Assembly: GCA_043811375.1 (NCBI GenBank)
Contig: JBDRNJ010000044.1
Span: 4,575 to 68,574 of the forward strand
DNA length: 64,000 nucleotides
Direction of reading: 5' to 3'
Source: a bacterium
GTDB lineage: Bacteria; Zixibacteria; MSB-5A5; GN15; FEB-12
This document shows, piece after piece, positions 19,997 to 28,960 of the stretch. The notes under the pieces were generated by a model. That model worked only from the letters and a program-made list of their open reading frames with translations. It searched no databases and had not been told where the DNA came from. A program made the position numbers and the translations under genes. Numbering within the stretch: position 1 is the first letter of the stretch; the number at the start of each line of letters is the position of its first letter.

Positions 19997-20851
19997 CTAT
20001 TGTTTGATTGCTCCGGCTGTGATTCCTGCAACAATTTGCTTCTGCATCAGGATAAACAGTATCAGCACCGGGATAACGGCTATTGCAGAGCCGGCCATCA
20101 GGTGTTGCCAGTCAATCGCCTGGTGACCCTGGTACATTGCCAGACCGACCGGCAAAGTGCGCACTTCCTCGCTGGATGTCAGGATATAGGGAAATAGAAA
20201 AGAATTCCAATTGGTGAAAAACACCTGAATAGCCAGCACCGCCAGGGCCGGACGGCATAACGGCATGACGATCCTGAACAGTATTCGCAGTTCCCCGGCG
20301 CCATCCAGGCGCGCCGCTTCTTCCATCGCCGGGGGGACAGATTCAAGGTACTGTTTGACCAGGAATATCCCTATCGGGTTGACCAGCCAGGGCAGAATAA
20401 GAGCCCAATAACTGTCGTACAAACCGCTTTTAACCATCAGGATGTACAACGGGATAATCAGCACGTGGGCCGGTATCATCAGCACTGCGATAACACTCAG
20501 GAAAAGAACCTTGTGGTACAGGTACCGGTAGCGAGCCAGCGCGTAGGCGACCATAAAGCAGAACAAGATGTTTCCCACCGTAACAACGATTCCGACAAAA
20601 AGCGAGTTAAACAGGTAGCGCCCCATACTGTGGAGGGAGAACAGATCGCTGTAGTTAGCCAGGGTAAACTCTGTGCTGACAATCTGTCCCATGCTGATAT
20701 CGGCGCTGGGATCCATCAGAGACACTCGAAACATCCATGCCAGCGGGAAAACCATTACCGCCAACAGGCCGACCAACAGGATGAACCTGAGAGACCCCAG
20801 GAGGCGATAGCCTACCACAGCGGCTGCCTCCTTTTCAAGAGTAAAAACCAC
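19997..20851 (-). CDS. carbohydrate ABC transporter permease (MalG-like)
   Basis: 6-TM binding-protein-dependent permease with EAA loop ...EEAARLDGAGELRILFRIVMP. Confidence 0.85.
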   Translation of the reverse strand: MVFTLEKEAAAVVGYRLLGSLRFILLVGLLAVMVFPLAWMFRVSLMDPSADISMGQIVSTEFTLANYSDLFSLHSMGRYLFNSLFVGIVVTVGNILFCFMVAYALARYRYLYHKVLFLSVIAVLMIPAHVLIIPLYILMVKSGLYDSYWALILPWLVNPIGIFLVKQYLESVPPAMEEAARLDGAGELRILFRIVMPLCRPALAVLAIQVFFTNWNSFLFPYILTSSEEVRTLPVGLAMYQGHQAIDWQHLMAGSAIAVIPVLILFILMQKQIVAGITAGAIKQ

Positions 20852-21681
20852 AGTATCGAGATTATGGCGATAATGACAAACAGGATGTAGGCTGCCGCCG
20901 ATGCATAACCGCTTTCAAAACCGGTAGTCAAACCGGTTTCGTATACAAAATAGACGGCGGTGGCAGTGTCGAACTTGCCTTTGGTCATTACGAAGATCTC
21001 TACAAAAACCTGAAAAGACTTGATGGAATTGATAACCAGTATGAACAAAGCTATCGGCCTTAACATCGGCAGAGTAATGGAAAACAACCGTCGCAGTGCT
21101 GAGGCTCCATGTATTTCTGCTGCCTCGTACAACTCCGGGGGGATCGCTTTCAGCCCGGCCAGGAAAATCAACATGTAGTAGCCGACCGACATCCATACGT
21201 CCATGGCCATGATCGAATAAAGAGCGCTGCCGCTGTCATATAAAAATCCGTTGACCGGCGGGGTCACGCCGACCAGGCGGGCCAGCAGTGCCACGTAGCC
21301 GCCTCGCTGGTACAGGTTGGTGAAAATCAGGGCAATTACGACCATCGAAGTCAGCGACGGCAGGAAATAGGCGGCGCGGAAAAGCCCCCGTCCCTTAAAC
21401 CGCCGGTTGACCAGCAGAGCCATGCCCAGCGCCACGACTGTCGTGACCGGAATCGTCCCCAGTACAAATATGAAGGTGTTCTTAAGAGCACCGATGAAGT
21501 CCCGGTCGCTCAACAGAGCCTGGAAATTCGACCAGCCCACCCACTGGTAATCCTTGACCAGCAGGCGGAAATCTGTAAATCCCATCAGCAGTGATACGAT
21601 CAGGGGCAGCAGCCAGAATGCCGCCAGAGTAGCCAGCCAGGGGATGGTTAAAGCCAGAACCGTTAATCGCGTGGCTCTCAT
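20812..21681 (-). CDS. carbohydrate ABC transporter permease (MalF-like)
   Basis: EAA loop ...YEAAEIHGASALRRLFSITLP. Confidence 0.85.
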   Translation of the reverse strand: MRATRLTVLALTIPWLATLAAFWLLPLIVSLLMGFTDFRLLVKDYQWVGWSNFQALLSDRDFIGALKNTFIFVLGTIPVTTVVALGMALLVNRRFKGRGLFRAAYFLPSLTSMVVIALIFTNLYQRGGYVALLARLVGVTPPVNGFLYDSGSALYSIMAMDVWMSVGYYMLIFLAGLKAIPPELYEAAEIHGASALRRLFSITLPMLRPIALFILVINSIKSFQVFVEIFVMTKGKFDTATAVYFVYETGLTTGFESGYASAAAYILFVIIAIISILWFLLLKRRQPLW

Positions 21682-22892
21682 TTTTCCATAAGCTCAGTGA
21701 TTTTCCGGCTCGCCTCCAATAGCGAGTGGGCTATCGGTCCCGATTCGAACAAAGCCTTTTCGACCGCCTCCTCAATGGCATCCTCCATATAAGCCCAGTT
21801 GGGGTCAACCGGCGGATGTTCTGACAACGTGATTTGTTTGATGAACGTCTGCAAATGTATATTGGAGGTGAAATAGGAATCCGCCTGCGCTTTGATGCTT
21901 GATGGGTTGGCTGAGTGATTGGCGCGGCAGAAACGAAGCTGGTTCTCCGGCGATGTGATGAAACCGATCAGCTTCAGAGCGGCTTCTTTGTGTTCGGAAG
22001 CTTCGTTTATCGCCAGGAATTCGCCTCCCTGAAACGAACGTCCCGGAAAACCACGTCCCGGGAAAAGTGTCGTGACCAGATTAATCTGACTGTGTTCGGC
22101 TTCAATCCGTTTCAAGAGCCAGTCGCCGGATATGATAAAACCGATGCGGCCCTGAAGGAAGGCATCTTCTATACCGCGCTGATTGGCCACATAGCCACAT
22201 GAGTCATGTAGTGCTTTATAGAGGGCCAGCGAGTGGATACCTTTCTGGGATGTAAGGAGACAGAAGCGACCGTCTTCAGAGAACAGATCAGCCCCGTAGG
22301 ACCAGAAGAAAGGGAGGAACTTCTTGTACAAACGGTGCTTTTCGGCAGTATTGGAACCCCAGCCGTAGATTTCCGGACCCAGTCGATTGATTTTCATTGC
22401 TGCATACTTGAGATCATCCAGCGTTATGGGTACCCAGGAAGTGTCCATTCCAGCTTGCGTTAGAAGATCACGGTTGCCAAATAGAACCCTGGTCCCCAGA
22501 ATCCACGGTCTGGCGTACACTTTCCCCTGGTAGGCAGCCATACCCCAACCCTGAAATTCGCTGCTGTCGGAGGCAATGTCGGATGATATATCGGCCAGGT
22601 GACCGGTGGCCGCAAACTGAGCGATCCAGTCGGAACCGAGCTCAAGTATGTCCGGGCCGGTGCCGGACGCCAGGGCAATGACTATCTTCTCGTGTCCGTT
22701 GGCCCAGGTAAGATCAGTCAGTTTGACCTTGATATCGGGATGGGCTTGCTCAAATTCCGTCACCATAGACGCTATCACCGGCTTGATATCGGGATCTGTC
22801 CAGAATTGCCACCAGTGAATTGTTGTTGCCGCTCGGGTTGTCGGCGACAGGATGACAAGTATCGTTGCCGCCAGGATCACTAACGCTCTCAT
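21678..22892 (-). CDS. ABC transporter extracellular solute-binding protein (sugar family)
   Basis: Start trimmed to MRALVILAATILVILS (signal peptide); the longer ORF to 23099 overlaps the divergent operon. Family-1 SBP-like sequence. 4-nt overlap with the next permease. Confidence 0.8.
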   Translation of the reverse strand: MRALVILAATILVILSPTTRAATTIHWWQFWTDPDIKPVIASMVTEFEQAHPDIKVKLTDLTWANGHEKIVIALASGTGPDILELGSDWIAQFAATGHLADISSDIASDSSEFQGWGMAAYQGKVYARPWILGTRVLFGNRDLLTQAGMDTSWVPITLDDLKYAAMKINRLGPEIYGWGSNTAEKHRLYKKFLPFFWSYGADLFSEDGRFCLLTSQKGIHSLALYKALHDSCGYVANQRGIEDAFLQGRIGFIISGDWLLKRIEAEHSQINLVTTLFPGRGFPGRSFQGGEFLAINEASEHKEAALKLIGFITSPENQLRFCRANHSANPSSIKAQADSYFTSNIHLQTFIKQITLSEHPPVDPNWAYMEDAIEEAVEKALFESGPIAHSLLEASRKITELMEK

Positions 22893-23005
22893 AACACCTC
22901 TTCTGTCCAAAGTCGTTTCTTTGATTATAAGCAGAATTGCTCCGGTTGGGGTCAAGAAAAATCTTTTAGTTGATTGTGACGACATATCGATGTTTTTCGA
23001 CTGGT

Positions 23006-23830
23006 ATGCTGTGGCATTTGATGGCTGTGGCCGCTCCCGTTGATCCGGGCTGGCTTGATCTCGACCGGTTACCGACGCTGATAGCGGCCCTGATTTCAAT
23101 TTTAATCATCCTCTACGTAACTTACTACCGGTCACGTCGGGGCGATTTCAAAATGCGAGAGATTCACGGTTTGAAGGCGGTCGAGGAAGCTATCGGTCGG
23201 GCTACGGAGATGGCCCGTCCGGTTCTGTATACTCCCGGATGGGGTGGTGATATTCAGCGCCCAACTACCATTGCCTCCATGAACTTTCTCAGCCACGTGG
23301 CCGACCAGACCGCCGGGTATGATTGCCGCCTGGTTTATCCCACTCACGACCCGGTCATCATGACGGTAGCTCAAGAAGTCGTACGCGAAAGCTATCTGAA
23401 AGCCGGTTACCCGGATCGCTTCCGACCGGATGACATCGCCTATGTCACATCGTCGCAATTCGGATACGCCGCCGCCGTCGACGGCATGATCACCCGCTTG
23501 CAGCCGGCCTCGATTTTCCTGCTGGGGACATTTGAAGCCGAATCGCTGATTCTGGCTGAAACCGGAAACTCCATTGGTGCCATTCAGATCGCCGGTACCG
23601 ACTCCACGATTCAATTGGCCTTTTTTATTGTTGCCTGCGATTACACGCTCATCGGCGAGGAACTCTTTGCCGCCTCGGGGTACCTGTCGCAGGATCAGTC
23701 CATTCTGGCTTCAGTGCGCGCCCAGGACATCTTTAAGGTATTTATCGCGTTATATATCTTGCTGGCCGTGGCCTGGTGCACGGTTGAAGTGATCAGTGGC
23801 CGGGCTGTCAGTGACTGGTGGAGGTTCTGA
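23006..23830 (+). CDS. uncharacterised bitopic membrane protein (TM - about 190-aa globular domain - TM), operon gene 1
   Basis: ORF 22970-23830; the start is uncertain (ATG at 23006 or 23021). TM helices LPTLIAALISILIILYVTYY and IFKVFIALYILLAVAW. No motif I can assign. Confidence 0.6.
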   Translation: MLWHLMAVAAPVDPGWLDLDRLPTLIAALISILIILYVTYYRSRRGDFKMREIHGLKAVEEAIGRATEMARPVLYTPGWGGDIQRPTTIASMNFLSHVADQTAGYDCRLVYPTHDPVIMTVAQEVVRESYLKAGYPDRFRPDDIAYVTSSQFGYAAAVDGMITRLQPASIFLLGTFEAESLILAETGNSIGAIQIAGTDSTIQLAFFIVACDYTLIGEELFAASGYLSQDQSILASVRAQDIFKVFIALYILLAVAWCTVEVISGRAVSDWWRF

Positions 23831-24450
23831 TGGACCGCAAGGTTGCTTTGGGTGTCTGCTTTGTATTCGGAGTAATTATGTTTACTCAGTATTTCTCGCA
23901 GCACCCGACGACGCGGTTCGTCAATCAGACGGTCCTTCACTACTGGCAGATTATCTTTGCCTTCGCACTGTTGCTGGGCGTGGTCAGCGTTATCAGGAAC
24001 AATGTGAAGCAACTGCGCCGGGGACAGGACCGCCTTAATCGGGTGGTCATACTGGCCGGGTTGACGGCGATGCCGCTGCTGGCTCTGATTTGGGGTATCC
24101 GGGCCGATACGCCGTTCATGTGGATGTTTGAGAATGTCCAGGCGCCGATGCAGTCCACCGTCTTTGCCCTGCTGGCCTTTTTTGTAGCCTCGGCCTCTTT
24201 TCGTGGTTTCCGTGCTCGCTCGTTTCCGGCTACGGTGCTGCTGCTGTCGGCTCTGATCATCTTACTCAGCCGCAGCGCAGTGGGCTCCGCCGTGTACTCA
24301 GGCCTGCCTGATCTGGCCGACTGGATTCGCAACTATCCCTCAATGTCGGCCCGGCGGGCCATTCTGATCGGTATCGGCCTCGGTTCGGTGACCACCTCGT
24401 TACGGGTAATTCTGGGCATTGAACGCACCTGGCTGGGAGGGAAAAGATGA
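23830..24450 (+). CDS. uncharacterised about 6-TM membrane protein, operon gene 2
   Basis: ATG at 23830 overlaps the gene-1 stop (TGATG), with GGTGGAGG 5-6 nt upstream. About six hydrophobic helices. Confidence 0.6.
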   Translation: MDRKVALGVCFVFGVIMFTQYFSQHPTTRFVNQTVLHYWQIIFAFALLLGVVSVIRNNVKQLRRGQDRLNRVVILAGLTAMPLLALIWGIRADTPFMWMFENVQAPMQSTVFALLAFFVASASFRGFRARSFPATVLLLSALIILLSRSAVGSAVYSGLPDLADWIRNYPSMSARRAILIGIGLGSVTTSLRVILGIERTWLGGKR

Positions 24451-25256
24451 AACGACCGGCAACTCGCCACTGGATCTTTTTGGGACTGTTTGTCTGTATT
24501 GCCGTCGTGATGATGCTTGATATCCAACTGGAGATGCCGGTATCCGACCAGACTCGACGAGTTTACAACTTCATCGACTCCCTGCCGCCCGGTTCGGCCC
24601 TGATGATTTCTTTCGATCATGAAGCCTCATCGTTGCCGGAGATACACCCCATTGGACAGGCGTTGCTGCGCCATGCCTTTGCCCGGGGCCATCGGTTGAT
24701 CGGCGTAGCGCTGCTGGCCGAAGGTACCGTTATCGGCTACCGCTTAATGCAAAACACCGCCGCCGAGTATGATCGCCGGTATGGCCGCGACTTCGTCTAC
24801 CTGGGCTTCAAGCCACAGTATATTGCCGCTATTCTGGCTATGGGAGAGTCCATCCCGGAGACCTTCCCTCAGGATTACTGCGGACGACCGTACCACGAAT
24901 ATGAAATTCTCAAAGATATCGCCAACTACGATGACCTGGCTGCGGTTATCTCCATCACCGATGGTTCACTCACCACGCACTGGATGGAGTATGGCGGCAG
25001 TCGCTATGGAGTGCGCGTCCTGTCTGGCATGACGGCCGCCATGATGACTACTTTCGACCCCTATGTCGCTTCCGGCCAGATGTACGGCCTGGTTGGCGGC
25101 CTGCGCGGCGCGGCTGAATATGAACAACTGATTCAACGCAGCGGGGGAGGGGCGCGCGGTATGCTGGCCCAGACCACTGCCCATCTGTACGTGATCGCCC
25201 TGGTGCTGGTGGGTAACTTTATTTATTTCAGAAACCGGCGCCGGAAGTCAACATGA
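24447..25256 (+). CDS. uncharacterised bitopic membrane protein (TM - about 200-aa globular domain - TM), operon gene 3
   Basis: ATGA overlap with gene 2, GGGAGGG RBS. Same architecture as gene 1 with patchy colinear similarity to it. Confidence 0.6.
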   Translation: MKRPATRHWIFLGLFVCIAVVMMLDIQLEMPVSDQTRRVYNFIDSLPPGSALMISFDHEASSLPEIHPIGQALLRHAFARGHRLIGVALLAEGTVIGYRLMQNTAAEYDRRYGRDFVYLGFKPQYIAAILAMGESIPETFPQDYCGRPYHEYEILKDIANYDDLAAVISITDGSLTTHWMEYGGSRYGVRVLSGMTAAMMTTFDPYVASGQMYGLVGGLRGAAEYEQLIQRSGGGARGMLAQTTAHLYVIALVLVGNFIYFRNRRRKST

Positions 25257-25870
25257 GTGATCCTTCAACTATAGTGGCCGGGCTGTTGACGATTGCCATC
25301 CTGTCATTCCTGTATCGGGACAACCCGGTCTACAAGTTGGCCGAGTCATTGCTGATTGGTGTCTCAATCGGTTACACGCTGGTGGTAGTCTGGACCGGTA
25401 CCATCATGGACCTGCTGTTGACACCACTGGTGCAGGACAGCCGTCCGGCTCTTGTTGTACCGTTGTTGCTGGGCCTGCTGATGTTCAGTCGCTTCCTGCG
25501 TCAGACGGCTTTCCTGTCACGGATACCGATCGCCGTCATGATCGGTTCCGGCGCCGGGGTGGCGATCCCGGTCATGCTCGAAGCCCGCACACTGAAACAG
25601 ATGTCGGCCACGGTAGCGCCATTGATTTCTGAGTCGGGCCTGCCGGACCTGTCGGCCATAGTCGTCGTGGTGGGTGTGTTAACCACTCTATCGTACTTCT
25701 ATTTCAGCCGCGAACACCGGGGGGTACTGGGCGTATCGGCCGGAATCGGCACTTACTTTCTGATGATATTCTTTGGCGCCACCTTTGGGTACACCGTGAT
25801 GTCGCGCATGTCCACCTTCATCGGCCGGATGGAATTCCTGCTGACCGATTTCCTGCGACTGACCGGCTGA
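25253..25870 (+). CDS. uncharacterised about 6-TM membrane protein, operon gene 4
   Basis: ATGA overlap with gene 3. About six hydrophobic helices. Confidence 0.6.
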   Translation: MSDPSTIVAGLLTIAILSFLYRDNPVYKLAESLLIGVSIGYTLVVVWTGTIMDLLLTPLVQDSRPALVVPLLLGLLMFSRFLRQTAFLSRIPIAVMIGSGAGVAIPVMLEARTLKQMSATVAPLISESGLPDLSAIVVVVGVLTTLSYFYFSREHRGVLGVSAGIGTYFLMIFFGATFGYTVMSRMSTFIGRMEFLLTDFLRLTG

Positions 25871-25897
25871 AGGCATCAGGGAGATATGTAACCGGTG

Positions 25898-26023
25898 ATG
25901 TGCCCTCGCTGTAAATCGGCCATGCACGAACAGAAACGATCGTTTCACAAACAACGAAAATGGGTTTGTCCCAAATGCGGGCGCGTGCGTTTTCAGGAGG
26001 TGAAACCGACACGTAAAAAGTGA
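25898..26023 (+). CDS. 41-aa zinc-ribbon micro-protein (CPRC...CPKC)
   Basis: Not in the ORF track because it is under 60 aa. Translation: MCPRCKSAMHEQKRSFHKQRKWVCPKCGRVRFQEVKPTRKK. Two CxxC pairs and a basic tail, 28 nt downstream of operon gene 4. The RBS is weak (AGGGAG 15 nt upstream). Confidence 0.45.
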   Translation: MCPRCKSAMHEQKRSFHKQRKWVCPKCGRVRFQEVKPTRKK

Positions 26024-26135
26024 CATGCACGCATATTATGGTAGATTGATTACTCCAATCCACGCAGGGGAGGGGCTTGTTGAAAAAGCTTTTTTATCAT
26101 ATACGGCGGGTGGCACTCCCAAACTCGTTTTTTAT

Positions 26136-26303
26136 GTTTCGTCAGGTCTTGACACCGACGAAGTCGGGGGTGTGACCTGACGACCATCCCACAAGTCTGG
26201 GTTTTCCCAAAGGAAATAAATAAATGTGGCGATGTCACCTGTCGGGTCACACCTCGCCAGGAGGCGATCCAAGACCCAACCGAACATACAGATTGCAACA
26301 CGG
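26136..26303. repeat. intergenic repeat family B, copy B1
   Basis: Shares blocks GTGTGA(C/T)CTGACGACCATCCCACAAGTC(T/C)GGGTTT, ATAAATGTGGCGATG(T/C)CACC(T/G)GTCGGGTCACA and CCCAACCGAACA with 44681-44954. Confidence 0.75.
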
Positions 26304-26373
26304 CCTCTCCGCTCAGAGTGACGGCTTTCACAGATCATTATACTAACGATGATGTAGTAACATTATTTGTGAG

Positions 26374-27063
26374 TCAGGACCGGATCAACCGACAGAACAG
26401 ACTCGACTTGTCAACTTCGCTGATAGTCACCTGCGCCGGAAGGTCATCCGTCAGCGACTGAAATTGTTGCCCTGACACCGTTGAGGCCGTGAAACCATCT
26501 CGGCAGACAATGACGCCTTCACCGGTGTTCTCCTCGTCAATGATGCCCACCAGCCCGGCTTCTGACTGCAACCGGAACCAGTTCAGTCGCGGCTGCCAGA
26601 ACCTGGGCGAGTAGCTTGAAAACAGTACCATTCCGCCGGGTTTGGTGACACGCAGGCTCTGATGCAACAATTCTTTCTTGCTGACACCGAAAACGGCTAT
26701 CCCGTTCTGGATACAGACGACACAGTCGAAAACGGCGTCGGCAAAACCGGGTCGCGTGGCATCCATGGCCAGCAGATGGATATGTGGCATATCCGCCAGT
26801 GCCTGCCGGGCCAGTTGCAGGCTGGTCAGAGAGGTGTCGATACCGACCACCTCCCCGGCTTTTTGGTTTAGTTGCTTCAGGACGCGACCATAGCCGCAGC
26901 CCAGTTCCAGTACGGTATCATCGCTGTCAACATACTGTAGAACGTAATCGATCTCAGCCTGAAGGTACTGCTGAACTCGGGGTGGTGCGATTTCATAACA
27001 TTGGCGAAGTTTATCGGCAGCCAGCTTGTCATCGTAGTATCCGTTCATGTGCGCGACCCGCAA
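26374..27063 (-). CDS. class I SAM-dependent methyltransferase
   Basis: Motif I VLELGCGYG, then the acidic residue VVGIDTS and a Rossmann-fold pattern. Substrate unknown. Confidence 0.8.
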   Translation of the reverse strand: MRVAHMNGYYDDKLAADKLRQCYEIAPPRVQQYLQAEIDYVLQYVDSDDTVLELGCGYGRVLKQLNQKAGEVVGIDTSLTSLQLARQALADMPHIHLLAMDATRPGFADAVFDCVVCIQNGIAVFGVSKKELLHQSLRVTKPGGMVLFSSYSPRFWQPRLNWFRLQSEAGLVGIIDEENTGEGVIVCRDGFTASTVSGQQFQSLTDDLPAQVTISEVDKSSLFCRLIRS

Positions 27064-27083
27064 TTAAGACTATAATAAGGAAA

Positions 27084-27117
27084 AGGTGTCGACCACACCG
27101 GCCGACACCTTATTTTT
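27084..27117 (-). terminator. hairpin with flanking T/A tracts downstream of the peptidase gene
   Basis: AGGTGTCG (27084-27091) / CGACACCT (27103-27110), flanked by AAAA on one side and TTATTTTT on the other. Confidence 0.5.
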
Positions 27118-27139
27118 CTGTTGAGAATGCGTCAAACCG

Positions 27140-28960
27140 TCAGGAACATCCACAAGGCTCAGGGCCGCCCGCAAAGAGGTATTGAACCAGGTAGGAAATA
27201 TCCCCGACGTTAACATCACCACCGCAGTCGACATCAGCCGCTTCCAGCGGTGCCGACGGCAGGCCGCCGTTAAACAAATACTCCACCAGGTGAGTTATGT
27301 CACCCACCGTGACATCTGAATCACCATCACAGTCACCACGAGGAAAACAAATGGTAAGAGCGCTGTTATTTACTCGCGGTTCATAAGTAGCATACATACC
27401 GCCAAACTGAGGAGCGTAACTGTCGTAGCCTTCTACCCGAATATGGGTAGTGTCGTCGTATCCCGCCGTACCGGGAAGAGTGAAAAACAGGTTGGCAACG
27501 GCTCCTTCTCCAGCCGGAAGATGCGGCGACGTCCCGGAATAGGAACTGACCAGCTTAATTGTCTGCTTTTTGCCGGCCGGGTCATAGTGAATGTATGTTT
27601 GCACTTCAAAGTAATCCGCTCGACAACCCACGGTTGAGAAGGAATCCAGCGTGACATCCAGATCGCCCGAATACTCTATGGGGATTTTGATGGTGCTGAT
27701 GGGCACGTAGTTATGCACATATACCGGCATCATAACAGCAGTGCTGCGACTACCTTCGGTGGAGACAGGTCTTAGAGAATCGGCCAGCGCTTTGATGAAA
27801 TTGGGCTTTTGCCGGGAGCGAATATCACCACCGGCGTTGATTTCCAGCGTCACCGGAAACAGTCCGGGGTCCGAGAAAGTATGCATCGGCGATTGCTCGT
27901 ATGCCGAGTTACCATCCCCGAAATCCCAGGTCCAGGTGTCTACAACCAGACCCGATATGCCGGTGAAATTGACATCAAACGGCACCCAGCCGATTGTCGT
28001 GTCAGCCTCAAAAGCGACACCGCCCTGGTAGTTGACGTAGCTGGCGGCGTAACCGATCTTCGAGCAACCGTAGGGAATACGCATGTAGCCAGCCTCGCCC
28101 CAGCTGGAGCCCCATGAATTGCGCATAAACCAGACTCCGCTCGGTCCCTGACTGTCGTCCCAGCCAACGATCACCACACCATGATTGACGCTGCCGAACT
28201 CCGAACAACCGTTGAACACACCGCCTCCATAGGCTTGGAAAGAGCTATTGACATAGACCGCCACCGTAATCGGGCCGTAGTCCAGAACGGCCTGCTTGAT
28301 CTGCGCCGTGGAGGGAACACCGGATGAGGAACCGACATAAGCCCAGGACTCTATATGATAAGGATGCTCATAAGGGCAGCCGCAGGAACCGTTTGTAGCC
28401 GTATACGGGAATTCAGCCTCCATAACGGCTCCGGAACTGTCACAGGGGTCAGTCTCAGCCAGGTGGTAGTCATGCGCCCACCAGCCACCACCACAGTCCC
28501 AGCCATGATGGTTGCAGCTAACCAGCCATTGTTCCGAGAGGTCCTCGGTCAAGCGGTCGCGAATCTTGATATTGCATTCAAGAGCTCCCACTGTGGCAAA
28601 CGCCCAGCAACTGCCGCAGCCGCCCTGGTTTCTGACCGGAGGCATATCAGTCGAATCTCGCCAGTCGAAATATGACGGCAAGTCCAGTCTTGGTGCTATG
28701 GGATCAAAGCGCGCCGTTGCCTGCCAGTTCTCCGGCTCCTTCAGACCGCACAGTTCATCCAGGGAATAAGATGTGGCCGGGTTGGCGGAGACCGTGAAGG
28801 TCCAGCCATCCTCCTCGGCCTGTTGTTGCAGAGCGGAGATATCATCGGCGGTTAACTGCGCCATTGACGGGACGGCAATTAACAGCCCGACTATCAGGGT
28901 GATTCCCGGCACGAAGCCGAACAGATTTCGCCCGGAGTTCGTTGATGTCGTTCTTGCCAT
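27140..28960 (-). CDS. secreted papain-like (C1) cysteine peptidase with PKD and dockerin-like C-terminal modules
   Basis: Start trimmed to MARTTSTNSG... (GAGAGGA RBS, signal peptide). Catalytic QGGCGSCWAF, VNHGVVIVGWD and NSWGSSWGEAGY. PKD-like WDFGDGNS. Two dockerin-like repeats DCDGDSDVTVGDITHLVEYLF and DVDCGGDVNVGDISYLVQYLF. Confidence 0.85.
   Translation of the reverse strand: MARTTSTNSGRNLFGFVPGITLIVGLLIAVPSMAQLTADDISALQQQAEEDGWTFTVSANPATSYSLDELCGLKEPENWQATARFDPIAPRLDLPSYFDWRDSTDMPPVRNQGGCGSCWAFATVGALECNIKIRDRLTEDLSEQWLVSCNHHGWDCGGGWWAHDYHLAETDPCDSSGAVMEAEFPYTATNGSCGCPYEHPYHIESWAYVGSSSGVPSTAQIKQAVLDYGPITVAVYVNSSFQAYGGGVFNGCSEFGSVNHGVVIVGWDDSQGPSGVWFMRNSWGSSWGEAGYMRIPYGCSKIGYAASYVNYQGGVAFEADTTIGWVPFDVNFTGISGLVVDTWTWDFGDGNSAYEQSPMHTFSDPGLFPVTLEINAGGDIRSRQKPNFIKALADSLRPVSTEGSRSTAVMMPVYVHNYVPISTIKIPIEYSGDLDVTLDSFSTVGCRADYFEVQTYIHYDPAGKKQTIKLVSSYSGTSPHLPAGEGAVANLFFTLPGTAGYDDTTHIRVEGYDSYAPQFGGMYATYEPRVNNSALTICFPRGDCDGDSDVTVGDITHLVEYLFNGGLPSAPLEAADVDCGGDVNVGDISYLVQYLFAGGPEPCGCS

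Noticed and set aside
22893-23099. N-terminal extensions of track ORFs: the solute-binding protein to 23099, the peptidase to 29131, the LolA-like protein to 11604, the GWxTD genes from 45013 and 46208, SPOR from 61528, and the GT-C gene from 52036.
   Set aside because: The extensions lack signal-peptide logic, overlap neighbouring genes or repeats, and an internal Met with an RBS followed by a clear signal peptide or lipobox is available. CDS starts were trimmed accordingly, though they remain uncertain by a few codons.
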